DNA of 64,000 nt from Candidatus Doudnabacteria bacterium (GTDB taxonomy: Bacteria; Patescibacteriota; Doudnabacteria; UBA920; O2-02-FULL-48-8): NCBI GenBank assembly GCA_037200925.1, contig JBBCGO010000001.1, forward strand, positions 317,248 through 381,247, written 5' to 3'. Numbering within the stretch: the stretch's first letter is position 1; each line of letters starts with the position of its first letter. A program made the position numbers and the translations under genes. The notes under the pieces are model-generated. The model was given only the letters and a program-made list of their open reading frames with translations, had not been told where the DNA came from and searched no databases. Positions 1-10,937 of this stretch are shown one piece after another.

Positions 1-555
1 AGCGGCAACACGGACATTTTCAGACATTGAATCGAATCGCGGCATAAGCATGAATTCCTGAATATCTATATTGGTATCGCCGTGCTTGCCGCCATTGATG
101 ACATTGAACATCGGTTTGGGTATTTTCAATTGTTTTTTTTTATGCAAAAGGGCGACATATTTATAAACAGGAATTTTTTTAGCCAGTGATGCGGTTTTCG
201 CCGCAGCCCCCGATACTCCCAGAATCGCATTGGCGCCGAGTTTCTTTTTGCCGGACGTCCCATCAAGGCTGATCAAAGCCGCGTCCAGTAGAGACTGGTC
301 AAATACATTCATCCCGCGGATATTTTTGGCAATGATCGTATTCACATTCGCCACAGCTTTAGAAACCCCAAGACCGCCAAATTCCTTCCCGCCATCCCGC
401 AATTCCTGTGCTTCAGCCGTTCCGGTCGAAAGCCCCGACGGGACGCCAAACGTCCCTCTTGCAGTCCCTGCCTCAACTGTCACCTCAACTGTGGGATTGC
501 CGTTAGAATCAAGGATCTGCCGGGCAAGGATATTTTTTATCGGCGTATTAGGCAT
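1..555 (-). CDS. eno: Enolase, N-terminal part (runs off window start)
   Basis: Manual translation MPNTPIKNILARQILDSNGNPTVEV...VPSGLSTG...EAQELRDG...PMFNVINGGKH...QEFM; not in ORF track because truncated; overlaps pgk stop. Confidence 0.93.
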   Translation of the reverse strand, partial: MPNTPIKNILARQILDSNGNPTVEVTVEAGTARGTFGVPSGLSTGTAEAQELRDGGKEFGGLGVSKAVANVNTIIAKNIRGMNVFDQSLLDAALISLDGTSGKKKLGANAILGVSGAAAKTASLAKKIPVYKYVALLHKKKQLKIPKPMFNVINGGKHGDTNIDIQEFMLMPRFDSMSENVRVAA

Positions 556-1781
556 GATTTAGAGCCTTGATCGCCGGCAGTTGCTTGCCTGATAAAAATT
601 CCAGCATAGCCCCGCCGCCAGTGGAGACATGGTCCACGAATTGCGAAACTTTTGCCTGATCCACAACTTGGGCCGTCTCGCCGCCTCCGATCACTCCAAA
701 TGCGCGGCCTTTCGATCTTGAGGCAAAAATCAGGGCCAGGGCTTTGCTGCCATTGGCGTATCTTGGCTGTTCGATCAGGCCAAATGGCCCGTTCCAAACC
801 AAAGTTTTCGCCCCTTTGATAATACCGGCGAACTTGCGTATGCTTTTTGGCCCAATATCAAAAATGGATTCCTCAGGCCTGACCTTATCAATAGGTGTCA
901 CTCTGGCCCTTGCTTCCAAACTCGTGGCTACAACGATATCAACAGGCAAAACAATTTTATCTTTATAGTGCCTCAGCAGCTCGCGAGCAACTGCGATATC
1001 TGATGTTTTGGACTTACCCACTTCGTAGCCGTGAGCTTTCAGGAAAGTATTCGCCACTCCTCCGCCGACAATGATGTTGGATGCTTCTTTGGCCAGACTG
1101 TGGATCGTCCCGACCTTGTCTTCGATCTTGATCCCGCCGATCAGCATGACCAGCGGTTTCTGCGGATCCTTCATAACTTTTGAAAAAGACCGGATCTCTT
1201 TCATAAAAGAGAGCCCGGCGTAAGCCGGCAATTTTCTCGCCAAGCCGAAAGTCGAAGCTTCCCTCCGGTGAGCCATGGAAAAAGCTTCGTTGACAAAAAC
1301 ATCTCCAAAACCGGCCAGCAGGTCAATAAATCCTTCGCTATTGTCTTCTTCGCCTTTATAAAACCTCAGGTTTTCCAGAAATAAAATACTGCCTCCCGGC
1401 AGATCCCGGCTCATTTGGACGTAATCCGACTTCGTGATGTCTGCAGGCAGAAAATTGATATGCTGCACGGAATAATCAGGCAAGTGGTCTTTGATTTTTA
1501 CTACTTTTAAACCGAGTAATTCGCCAAGTTTTTCCGCGGCCGGCCAAAGACTTTTAGTATTTTTATGATGCCCGTCCGGCCGGTCGAGATGAGAGAGCAA
1601 AATAATTCTGGCTTTTTGCTTTATCAAATATTTCAAGGTCGGCAAAGCATCTTTGATCCGAGTATCATCCGCCACTTCCCATTGTTCGGTGTGGATATTT
1701 TTTTTTCAATGGCACATCAAATCCGGCGCGCAATATCACGCGCCGGTCTGTGACTTTGACGGATGAAATAGATTTTATCAT
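548..1781 (-). CDS. pgk: Phosphoglycerate kinase, with apparent +1 frameshift in T9 run 1698-1706
   Basis: LENLRF, WNGPFG, HVSTGGGA motifs; missing N-terminus MIKSISSVKVTDRRVILRAGFDVPLKK found in adjacent frame starting 1781. Confidence 0.93.
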
Positions 1782-2965
1782 TGAGTTTGCGATCCCGTCA
1801 CGATCACCCACCCGTTCGGCACGTCGCAGGGTGTGGGGAATTGTTTGACCTCTCCGGTCGCAGGATTCTTCGCAGTTGTAATTACTTGGATGCAGGCAAT
1901 CGGCTCATTGCTGATCGGCGATGTAAATCCAAAAGTGGAAAGGATCTGGCTTATTAGATCTTTTGTTCCTCCGGGTGCGCCAATCTCTAAATACTTATTT
2001 TGAACGGATATAGTGGCGGTTGGTATTCCCAAAACACTATCGTAGATCTTCGCACCGAGGCCATTGATCGCAGATTCAGCAACGTTGCTTTTCGACGCTA
2101 CCAATAATTGTTCTTCTGTGGTGAAAGCGGCTTGATTTGGAAAAATTTTCACATACAAAACATTGTTAGCAGTGGTTTGCGGAGGAGACTGCTGCTGTTT
2201 TATTGAGTTAAAGTTGATCCAGACAATCCCGGCTTTGTCGGTAGTTACGTCTCCTTCGCTCCAATCAACTGGGTATTTAAAGGCAATGCCGTATTTTGTA
2301 TTCGTATAAGTTTTCCAGGTGGAAGTATCTGCTGCCGCGCTTGGTTCAGTAAACTTGACATTAGAAACGATTTGGTCAAAATCTATATCAAACTTCGTAG
2401 GAGGTTTGGGGTAATTGATGTGAAATAGATCCGTTTTATTCAGCTGAACAATGACATGGAATTCGGATTGACCGGTTGAAGAATAATCCAATCGGATCGC
2501 CGGTTTTCCGCCGACAGTTATGTCTGTTTTTGGCAGTTGTTCAGGCGTAAGCTTAAAGGCAGCAAGCTGCTCTGTGTACCATTCATCCAACGGAAGGTTT
2601 TTTGGATTTCCGTTCGGCTCAACCTCAAACGTCACCAGCGAATTTGCCGCGGTTTGCGACGGTTCCAGGATGGAAATACTGTAAAACGTTCCTGTGCCCT
2701 CCAGCCCTACAAGCAATGTCGGCGGATATTTAAAACTAAACCCGTACTGAGAATTCGTATACGTTTTCCAGTCCGCTGTTGGGTCTTTGTGAACGACTGG
2801 TTGAGCCGGCGACGGGACGGAGATTGTTGATTGCCAATACCAGATGCCGGCTACAGCACATGCGCCTAAGACCAAAAGCGAAGCTATCACAGCAATGAAC
2901 TTTGGCGTGAAAGTTTTTTTAGGCGGCGAAATGTCCTGCTGTTGTTGTATTGGGGTTATTTCCAT
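1778..2965 (-). CDS. Membrane-anchored exported protein, two PsbP-like WxTYTN-YGF-YP domains plus C-terminal Cys-pair module
   Basis: N-terminal TM helix; WKTYTNSQYGFSFKYP and WKTYTNTKYGIAFKYP; tail CIQVITTAKNPATGEVKQFPTPCDVPNGW. Confidence 0.75.
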   Translation of the reverse strand: MEITPIQQQQDISPPKKTFTPKFIAVIASLLVLGACAVAGIWYWQSTISVPSPAQPVVHKDPTADWKTYTNSQYGFSFKYPPTLLVGLEGTGTFYSISILEPSQTAANSLVTFEVEPNGNPKNLPLDEWYTEQLAAFKLTPEQLPKTDITVGGKPAIRLDYSSTGQSEFHVIVQLNKTDLFHINYPKPPTKFDIDFDQIVSNVKFTEPSAAADTSTWKTYTNTKYGIAFKYPVDWSEGDVTTDKAGIVWINFNSIKQQQSPPQTTANNVLYVKIFPNQAAFTTEEQLLVASKSNVAESAINGLGAKIYDSVLGIPTATISVQNKYLEIGAPGGTKDLISQILSTFGFTSPISNEPIACIQVITTAKNPATGEVKQFPTPCDVPNGWVIVTGSQTQ

Positions 2966-2984
2966 ATGGATGTGATGAATTTGA

Positions 2985-4061
2985 TCACTGCAGAAGTTTA
3001 AAATCCTTTATCCCTAAACCAAAAATATCTAAATAAACCGAGCATAAATAAGGCTCTTGGCTTTTAAAATTCGGGTCAATACAATCTGATCCGGGACTGG
3101 GAGGTTGTTGGATTTGTTTTTCAAATACATATTTACTATTCCTTCCCAACTCCTGGCCTTGATCGCAACCCGGTGTAGTTGCGCTTTGGCAAGCATCTTT
3201 CTTCCAACTGTTCAGAGGAGTAATAGCTATCCACCAAACAGCAAAATGGTCTGCTGTATCCTTTAACTTATGGTCGAGAGGTAATCCGAACATCAATATA
3301 GTTGTGTTAGGAAAAACTTGATCATCAGGACGAGGAGTTATTTCGTCGACCGTATATTTGGTCCAGCTATCAGGCATCGTCAGTTGAAATCCATATTTTG
3401 CGTTGGTATAAACTTTTGAGGTCAGAATAGTGCCAATGCTCGGAGTCGTAAACTTGAAAGTGGAAAGGATTTGGGTAAGAACCGGACTTAAATCCGTATC
3501 GCTTGGGTAAAGCTCTATTGTGTAGAATTTATTTTTGTACGGTGTATCCAAAAAAAGAGATTTGTGTTCAGCTCCTAGTCCTGTCGCGTCACGATGCGTA
3601 TTCCAATCGATTCCACCAATAGACATAGTGGGTCCGGCACCTTGAAAATTCTTAATCCCCGAATCTTCAGTCAAGCTTGAGGAAAATTCCGCATATGAAA
3701 AATCATTGTCGGATACTGTCTTAGTTACTTGTACTGTACTAAATTTTGTCAGTGGATTAGGATCGGCATTGCTTTCATCTGAAAGATTCCAGTCATTTGG
3801 ATACTTAAACTCAAACCCATACTGAGCATTCGTATAAGTTTGCCAGGTTGCCGTTGGATCGACCTTCACTTTATGCACCGGCAGATCGACTATGGCCGGG
3901 ATCTGCCTGACTGTCTGCCAATAATAAAGGCCCGCGACAATGGCAGCTAAAATCGCAAACAGAAAAACAAAACCCAAAATCATATGCCGGCTGAACCAAT
4001 TTTTCTTTACATCCGGATGGAAATTGAAATTAGGTTCATTTGATTGATTTTGCGGTTCCAT
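2985..4061 (-). CDS. Membrane-anchored exported protein, two PsbP-like WxTYTN domains
   Basis: TM helix ending YYWQ; WQTYTNAQYGFEFKYP...QILSTFKFT; second YTNAKYGFQLTMP. Confidence 0.75.
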   Translation of the reverse strand: MEPQNQSNEPNFNFHPDVKKNWFSRHMILGFVFLFAILAAIVAGLYYWQTVRQIPAIVDLPVHKVKVDPTATWQTYTNAQYGFEFKYPNDWNLSDESNADPNPLTKFSTVQVTKTVSDNDFSYAEFSSSLTEDSGIKNFQGAGPTMSIGGIDWNTHRDATGLGAEHKSLFLDTPYKNKFYTIELYPSDTDLSPVLTQILSTFKFTTPSIGTILTSKVYTNAKYGFQLTMPDSWTKYTVDEITPRPDDQVFPNTTILMFGLPLDHKLKDTADHFAVWWIAITPLNSWKKDACQSATTPGCDQGQELGRNSKYVFEKQIQQPPSPGSDCIDPNFKSQEPYLCSVYLDIFGLGIKDFKLLQ

Positions 4062-4065
4062 ATAT

Positions 4066-5128
<1,063 letters not shown>

Positions 5129-5263
5129 TTATTTCAATAATTGCAGCAGAAAAGCGACGATGAACAGCGCCCAAACGAGAAAAATGATAAATTCAATATT
5201 ATCTTCAAACAGAAAATAGCGATGAAGATGCTGGTCCAATGTTTTTCTTGTTTTTTTTGCCAT
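5129..5263 (-). CDS. Small 44-aa membrane protein
   Basis: Manual translation MAKKTRKTLDQHLHRYFLFEDNIEFIIFLVWALFIVAFLLQLLK; fills gap and abuts gap start. Confidence 0.6.
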   Translation of the reverse strand: MAKKTRKTLDQHLHRYFLFEDNIEFIIFLVWALFIVAFLLQLLK

Positions 5264-5322
5264 ACGTTTTGATTAATTTTTTTAATTATTTTATTTAAGA
5301 TTTATTCCTCAAAGCAGTGATA

Positions 5323-6189
5323 TTACTGTATTCCGTTAAAAAGTTTCAACCTCCCTTCTACCACTTTTTCTATTGCATCTACGGCAGGTTGTAAAATTTT
5401 ATATGGAGCGATTTCGTCAGGATGTTCGGCTAAAGATTTTTTAAGCGCCTCGTCGTAGGCCACACGTATTTCAGTATTAATGTGGATAATTGAAATGCCC
5501 GCCTTGATCGCATTTGTAAAATCCACATCACGCAATCCTGAACCACCGTGCAATACGAGAGGCACGCCCGTTGCTTTTTTTATTTCTCCCACACGCTCTT
5601 CATTTATATGAGGTTTGCCGCTTTTTATGAGGCCATGGATGCTGCCGACAGATGGTGCGAGCATATCTGTGCCGGTCATTTCCACAAATTTCTTAGCATC
5701 TTCGGGTTTCGTCAGGATCCCGGCGCCTTCCGGTATGGTATCTTTTATATTTGACCCTGAACCGATAAACCCCAGCTCTGCTTCTACTAAAATATCTCTG
5801 CCGGTTTCCTGAATCACACTCTTGGCATATTCTACGGTTTGTTTTGTGATCTTTACATTTTCTTCGAAACTCAAATTTGCCAGATCTATGATCACGGCAT
5901 CGAAGCCCGCGTCAATCGCACTCTTTGCACGCTCAAAAGAATAATGATGATCAGCATTCAGGAAAATAGGGTAATTATCTTTCGCTCTAATCTGATTGAT
6001 CATCCCAACTGCTTCGTTCTTGCCGACAAAATCTTCCTCGCCTTCGGAGAGCCCGATAATGACGGGCACTGCCAGTTTTTTTGCAGCATTATAGATCCCG
6101 TGGAATCCTTCCAAATTTGAAATATTAAAATGTCCGATAGCAACGCCTTTTTCCTCGGCTTCTTTCACATATTCTCGCAATGTTTTCAT
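5323..6189 (-). CDS. fba: Class II fructose-bisphosphate aldolase family protein
   Basis: NADHH, VEAELG, SVGSIHG, LVLHGGSG, INTEIR motifs. Confidence 0.9.
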   Translation of the reverse strand: MKTLREYVKEAEEKGVAIGHFNISNLEGFHGIYNAAKKLAVPVIIGLSEGEEDFVGKNEAVGMINQIRAKDNYPIFLNADHHYSFERAKSAIDAGFDAVIIDLANLSFEENVKITKQTVEYAKSVIQETGRDILVEAELGFIGSGSNIKDTIPEGAGILTKPEDAKKFVEMTGTDMLAPSVGSIHGLIKSGKPHINEERVGEIKKATGVPLVLHGGSGLRDVDFTNAIKAGISIIHINTEIRVAYDEALKKSLAEHPDEIAPYKILQPAVDAIEKVVEGRLKLFNGIQ

Positions 6190-6196
6190 AAAAGAG

Positions 6197-6409
6197 TTAA
6201 AACCTTATACCTGCTTTAAGAATATCCCACAATCCCGGCAATGTGGCTTTATTATTTGTGGCCTGGCACAAAGCATAGACCACCTGATATTGGCAATTCC
6301 AGCCTTTGGATTCTATCAGCAGGCTTGTGACTCCGCGCCAATACAGGAACAGGACCACCACGATCGCCAGCAAAATAAGTTTTACTCTCATTTTTTTCTT
6401 CAGGTACAT
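6197..6409 (-). CDS. Small membrane protein, hypothetical
   Basis: Hydrophobic N-terminus, Cys pair, tight packing in operon. Confidence 0.6.
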   Translation of the reverse strand: MYLKKKMRVKLILLAIVVVLFLYWRGVTSLLIESKGWNCQYQVVYALCQATNNKATLPGLWDILKAGIRF

Positions 6410-6418
6410 ATTAATGAT

Positions 6419-7402
6419 TTATCGGATGCCGGTATCGATATTGAAATCCGAAGTTGTAGTCTGGCCGGATTTGATAGTGACTGTGCCGACTGTCATACTG
6501 AGCTGGTCAACTCGCATTCCGCTGGCCTTCAGGGTGTATGTGCCTGCGGGCAGGGAAAATTTGTAATTTCCGTTTCCATCAAGGTGCTGGCTTGCGACCA
6601 AGCCGTTATTGCCAAAAACACCGACTTGTCGCGCCATATTCATCTCTGGCGTAGCCTGGCACGGATGGCCCGCTTGCTCCACGGGACAGATCGGCCCGAT
6701 CGTCACATGTCCCAAAAGCGTTCCCATTGACGAGGTTGATGAATTTGGATCACTAAATTTAAAAGTCTTTAGCATTTCATCCAATCGTTTCCAAACAGCA
6801 TTCGCATCAACTTCCGCCACTGCCCCGGGGGTGTAGTTGCCGATGTTGGCAATTCCGATGGTCTGACTGACTTCCATACAATCTTGGCCATGAAAAACCC
6901 GGTAAATTCTGGTTTGATAGTTCGTCCCGGCCGCTCCTTGGTTTTCATCGGATTCATGGAATATCACACCGTTAACTTCATACGTCTTAGCCGCGGCAAT
7001 GCAGTTTGATTCTGAACTTTGCGGCTGGACTGCAACCGTCAGATTGGCCGAACCAAAATTAGTTTTCGGATAAAGGCTTTGCGGGAGCACCGCGCTGATC
7101 AAGCTTTTGGCCGCATGTTTGAAGAAATTTGCCTGGTTGCCGGACGTATCAAGATCATAATTTTTATCATAATTAAACTGGAAACCATATTCGGTGTTCG
7201 TGTAAGTTCCGGTTTTCGGCGCCAGATGCATTGGCTGCATAAAATCTCCCGGGATCGGCTGGTAAGCCATTTGCCAATAATAGATCAGGCTGACTGCGGC
7301 TGCGAAAGCCAGTAAAACAAATAGAATTCCTAAAAATCTGAATTTCATTTGTTCATCTTCTTTTTGTGAAGCTTTGTGAATTTTATTTTTGGGGTTTGCC
7401 AT
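6419..7402 (-). CDS. Exported protein: TM, PsbP-like domain, C-terminal GPICPVE beta-sandwich domain
   Basis: TM ending YYWQ; TYTNTEYGFQFNY...MLKTFKFS; GHVTIGPICPVE...GNYKFSLPAGTY...DTGIR. Confidence 0.7.
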   Translation of the reverse strand: MANPKNKIHKASQKEDEQMKFRFLGILFVLLAFAAAVSLIYYWQMAYQPIPGDFMQPMHLAPKTGTYTNTEYGFQFNYDKNYDLDTSGNQANFFKHAAKSLISAVLPQSLYPKTNFGSANLTVAVQPQSSESNCIAAAKTYEVNGVIFHESDENQGAAGTNYQTRIYRVFHGQDCMEVSQTIGIANIGNYTPGAVAEVDANAVWKRLDEMLKTFKFSDPNSSTSSMGTLLGHVTIGPICPVEQAGHPCQATPEMNMARQVGVFGNNGLVASQHLDGNGNYKFSLPAGTYTLKASGMRVDQLSMTVGTVTIKSGQTTTSDFNIDTGIR

Positions 7403-7419
7403 GTTATTTAATATTTATT

Positions 7420-8409
7420 CTACAATAAAACAAGTTCTCTGGCTCTGAATTTTGGATGTGTTTTAAGATATGCTTCGATCTGCGGCTTGGACTGGAGGCC
7501 TTTGTGGGGGCCCACGAACTGCACCACGTGTCCGCCGTTGACAGTGCCCCACGCGATCGCTTCCTCTATCGGCTTGCCGTAAAAGATGGCGGATGTGAAG
7601 GCAGTGCCGTAAGCATCTCCTGCTCCGGTGGCTTCGATGTGCGGACCGATAAATTCATCCATGAACCAGACCTTGGGCGAGCCGTCTGAGGCGTATGATC
7701 CGGCCCGGCCATCGGTGATGACGGCTATCTTGGCGCCCAATTTATGCATTCCTTTCAGCAACGTTTTGACATTTCTGGTCTGATGCTTTAAGACCAATTG
7801 AGCCTCTTCGCGGTTGAGGAACAAAATTTCGGTCCGTTTATATATCCCTTTCAACTTTTCCGTACCCATGCGCATCTGAAAAGTGCCCGGATTGAAAGAC
7901 AATTTGATCTTCGGATTTTTCACTAAAAATCTCTCCAATTCCTTGTTAAATTTCTCTGTGCCGGCGGCCATTGATGAAAAATAGATCCATTTGGTATCAA
8001 GTTTATGAGGCAATTTATAGAGAAATTTGTTGTGTTTGATCAGGATAGTGCGCTCGCCCTGGAACGAAAGCACAAAATGAAAATTGGTCTGTGCGCCCTT
8101 ATTGATGTGGATAAACCGGGTGTCGATGCCTTCTTCCGTCAGCTCTCTGATGATCTTTTGCCCGCTTTCATCATCGCCGACCGAGGTGACAAAGGCGTCT
8201 TTCATGCCCAATCTGGTCGAGCCAACTGCATTGTTTGTGGAGTTGCCGGCCGGCAGCAGGGTCAAAGTGTCATAAGGGATCTTGTCCGCAAAAGACATGC
8301 AAAGCTGGCAATTCGTATGGTCCACCGCGCAATGCACAGAAGCTTCATGCAATTGGATGAAGGCATCAATGGTCGCATCCCCGATTGAAACTATGTCGTA
8401 TTTGGCCAT
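7420..8409 (-). CDS. PfkB-family carbohydrate kinase
   Basis: VGDDESG, LNREEA, ATGAGDAY motifs. Confidence 0.9.
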   Translation of the reverse strand: MAKYDIVSIGDATIDAFIQLHEASVHCAVDHTNCQLCMSFADKIPYDTLTLLPAGNSTNNAVGSTRLGMKDAFVTSVGDDESGQKIIRELTEEGIDTRFIHINKGAQTNFHFVLSFQGERTILIKHNKFLYKLPHKLDTKWIYFSSMAAGTEKFNKELERFLVKNPKIKLSFNPGTFQMRMGTEKLKGIYKRTEILFLNREEAQLVLKHQTRNVKTLLKGMHKLGAKIAVITDGRAGSYASDGSPKVWFMDEFIGPHIEATGAGDAYGTAFTSAIFYGKPIEEAIAWGTVNGGHVVQFVGPHKGLQSKPQIEAYLKTHPKFRARELVLL

Positions 8410-8472
8410 TTTTTGTTTCCTAATGTTATTTTTACTTCTTTATTATAATGAATTGTTAATTTTTTGTAAAAT

Positions 8473-8502
8473 TAAAAGCCCCTCTTCAATATGAGGGCTT
8501 TT
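8473..8502 (-). terminator. Intrinsic terminator after the 591-aa gene
   Basis: aaagcccctc...gagggcttt inverted repeat with A/T tract. Confidence 0.6.
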
Positions 8503-8511
8503 GGGACTAGG

Positions 8512-10287
8512 TTAATTTATTCCTGAAGGACTGGCGGTCTTAACTCCGGCCGTATATCCGGCGATGTCAGCGCTTAAACAAAATGTCAACTGATAGCTCT
8601 GTCCGGAATTAAGCTGTTGGTAAGTGTAAGTATTCTGGGCTTGGGTGCAGGTTCCACCGGCCGGAACCGGAGCCGTCGGCCATGTGGAAATATAAGTGCT
8701 CCATTTCGGATTTCCGTCATTGGGGTTGGCTGTGCCGTTTAAACTGGCCGGATAGCGATTGTTGTCATTGTAGAACAATTCCAAGCCGGTCATAAGCTGG
8801 TGTACATCTGCCATCCGCCTGGCATCATCCGCAACTCCCTGCGATTTTTTCAATATTTCAGCATAGTCGTAGGTGTGCACTCCTGCTGTCAGCAACGGGT
8901 TAGAAGAAAGATCGGTATGGTCTACCTCCAAGCAATATTTTAAGGTGAAGTTTGTCAGATCAGCGGATACCGTATAAACATAGTTATTGTCCGAGCCGGA
9001 GCAGGGGGAAGCTGACGAGGCAACAGGGGTTGGTACGGCGTCCATGTAATTGGGAACCAAAGATTGGAGAGTGACCGGGAATTTTTTTGAATTATTTTCA
9101 GAATATATTCCCAGTCCGCCAAATATCGTGCCTAGATCAATTAATCTTTGCGCATCCCGCAGCTCTGCCGGGGTCAATATTGTGATTGTAACCTGCTCAC
9201 TCACAGTACCGCTGGCACTGGTCGCAGCCAAAGTATAAGTCGTGGTCGCAGTCGGAGTAACGTCTTTCGAACCGGTTAAATCTACCGGACTGTTGTCCAA
9301 AGTTACGGTTGTAGCATCCGAAGTCGACCATTCCAAGGTGGTGGTATCACCGGGTTTGATCTTGGCAGAATAAGCATCGAAGTAAGAGATCGAGGGTTGG
9401 CTGTTGTTTACAAACTCCACTGTGGCAGATTGACTAACAGACTGTCCGTTAAAAGTCGCAGTCAAAGTATATGTGGTCGTTTTATCTATTACATCCGCGG
9501 CTCCACCACCACTACCGACAGGATTCGGCACGTCTTTAATCTCCGGGGTAATATTTACAACACTGCTTTGAGGAATCACTTGCCAGAGAAGAGTCGGGCC
9601 ATATTTTTCATTGGGATCTATGGCGGTTATACTCTGTGGCGTAACATCAAATTGTAAAATCTGCGGGGCAGTTAAAGGCGCCAGTGTAAATTTGATCGGC
9701 GATCTGGCCAGTTCAACGAAAGTGTTCCCTGTATCATCATTAATATCATTGGCATACATGTATGCGGTGTGTTCAAGTCCATCGCGGAGATTATCAGGAA
9801 TAATGACTTCAAAACCGTGATTGCCCGTTACGCCCAAAGCCGAATTAACATCAGGCCGGCTGATATATGCGCTGCCGGCGGCATTTGAATCTCCTCGTTT
9901 CGCGTCAAAAAAAGCCCAAACTAATAGTGAGCTATCAAGAGAATCCTTATCCAATGCCCAGCCATGAATTACACCATTTTCGTCTATAGTGTCCGTAAAG
10001 CCGACCGGAAGCTGATTTATTGAAACAGTCGGGCCTATTGGCAGTGCCAGATCTTCCGAATTGGCTTTATTGATGTCGCTTGCTTTGTGGCCCCAGGATT
10101 TGAATATGGCCATGGACGGGAACGGATAACGCTGATCCGTGCCCAAAAAAAATACAGTATGCTTGCTGTCTACGACAACGGAACCCTTGGTATGCCGTGT
10201 TGCGGCGGAGGCAAAAGGAACATTAATGAGCAGTCCTACGGCTAATATTAGCCCTAAACACCCGATCGCTTTCAAAAAATTTGTCAT
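8512..10287 (-). CDS. Secreted multidomain protein with Ig-like segments and two C-terminal pilin-like globular domains
   Basis: Signal peptide; TTTYTLTAT repeats; RDAQRLIDL...YCLE and DARRMADV...LELFYNDNNRYP...FCL. Confidence 0.7.
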   Translation of the reverse strand: MTNFLKAIGCLGLILAVGLLINVPFASAATRHTKGSVVVDSKHTVFFLGTDQRYPFPSMAIFKSWGHKASDINKANSEDLALPIGPTVSINQLPVGFTDTIDENGVIHGWALDKDSLDSSLLVWAFFDAKRGDSNAAGSAYISRPDVNSALGVTGNHGFEVIIPDNLRDGLEHTAYMYANDINDDTGNTFVELARSPIKFTLAPLTAPQILQFDVTPQSITAIDPNEKYGPTLLWQVIPQSSVVNITPEIKDVPNPVGSGGGAADVIDKTTTYTLTATFNGQSVSQSATVEFVNNSQPSISYFDAYSAKIKPGDTTTLEWSTSDATTVTLDNSPVDLTGSKDVTPTATTTYTLAATSASGTVSEQVTITILTPAELRDAQRLIDLGTIFGGLGIYSENNSKKFPVTLQSLVPNYMDAVPTPVASSASPCSGSDNNYVYTVSADLTNFTLKYCLEVDHTDLSSNPLLTAGVHTYDYAEILKKSQGVADDARRMADVHQLMTGLELFYNDNNRYPASLNGTANPNDGNPKWSTYISTWPTAPVPAGGTCTQAQNTYTYQQLNSGQSYQLTFCLSADIAGYTAGVKTASPSGIN

Positions 10288-10318
10288 TAAAATTTGGGGT
10301 TAAATATACGAACTAACC

Positions 10319-10347
10319 AGTATACCCCTCTCTGATGCTATTGTCAA
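10319..10347 (-). promoter_or_regulatory. Sigma70-type promoter for the 591-aa gene
   Basis: TTGACA-17 nt-TATACT. Confidence 0.75.
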
Positions 10348-10378
10348 TGCTGGAGGTGATACAAGTCTTTTTATTTAA

Positions 10379-10936
10379 TCACGGACCCAAATATTGCAGA
10401 CAATAATAATACTTGTCTAAGTGCTGGACCGGAGTAACTGACGGACAATTGGAATCGGGTATAACGCTTTCCTGCATCCATATCAGGTAAGCACCTGGGG
10501 GATCAGGGGGGCCTAGAAAGATCGACCCAACACCGTTCCAATGAGCATTGTACAGGAGCCGGTTATACGCATTCGTGCCCTGGTCAGCGTTATTGTCCGG
10601 AAATATTGGCAAAAAAGGCGTCATGTCAGTGACCAATGCATCCGAACCTTCATAAAAACCGTCCCAGCAGGTCTCGTTGGCGGGGCCGAAACAGCTAAAA
10701 CCGTTCGCAGCGCCGTTGCCGTGCGGCTCGTTCGGCGGCCAGGAGCTGTTATGTGTCTGATAATACAAATTCAGGGCGATGACGACTTGTTTTTTGTTTT
10801 GAAGCCTTTTGACATCGCGGGCTTTGAGCTGCGCTGAATCTAAGTAAACCAAAAATATCGCAGACAAAAGACCGATAATGGCAATGACGACAAGCAATTC
10901 TATTATTGTAAAACCAGAACCTCTTTTTGGTTTCAT
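10379..10936 (-). CDS. Type IV pilin / pseudopilin-like protein
   Basis: Prepilin motif G-FTIIELLVVIAIIGLL followed by ARDVKR. Confidence 0.88.
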   Translation of the reverse strand: MKPKRGSGFTIIELLVVIAIIGLLSAIFLVYLDSAQLKARDVKRLQNKKQVVIALNLYYQTHNSSWPPNEPHGNGAANGFSCFGPANETCWDGFYEGSDALVTDMTPFLPIFPDNNADQGTNAYNRLLYNAHWNGVGSIFLGPPDPPGAYLIWMQESVIPDSNCPSVTPVQHLDKYYYCLQYLGP

Positions 10937-10937
10937 A

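Noticed and set aside
1778-4061. Diversity-generating retroelement acting on the paralogous exported genes
   Set aside because: No RT gene and no template/variable repeat pair; differences are mostly third-position, not adenine-specific.
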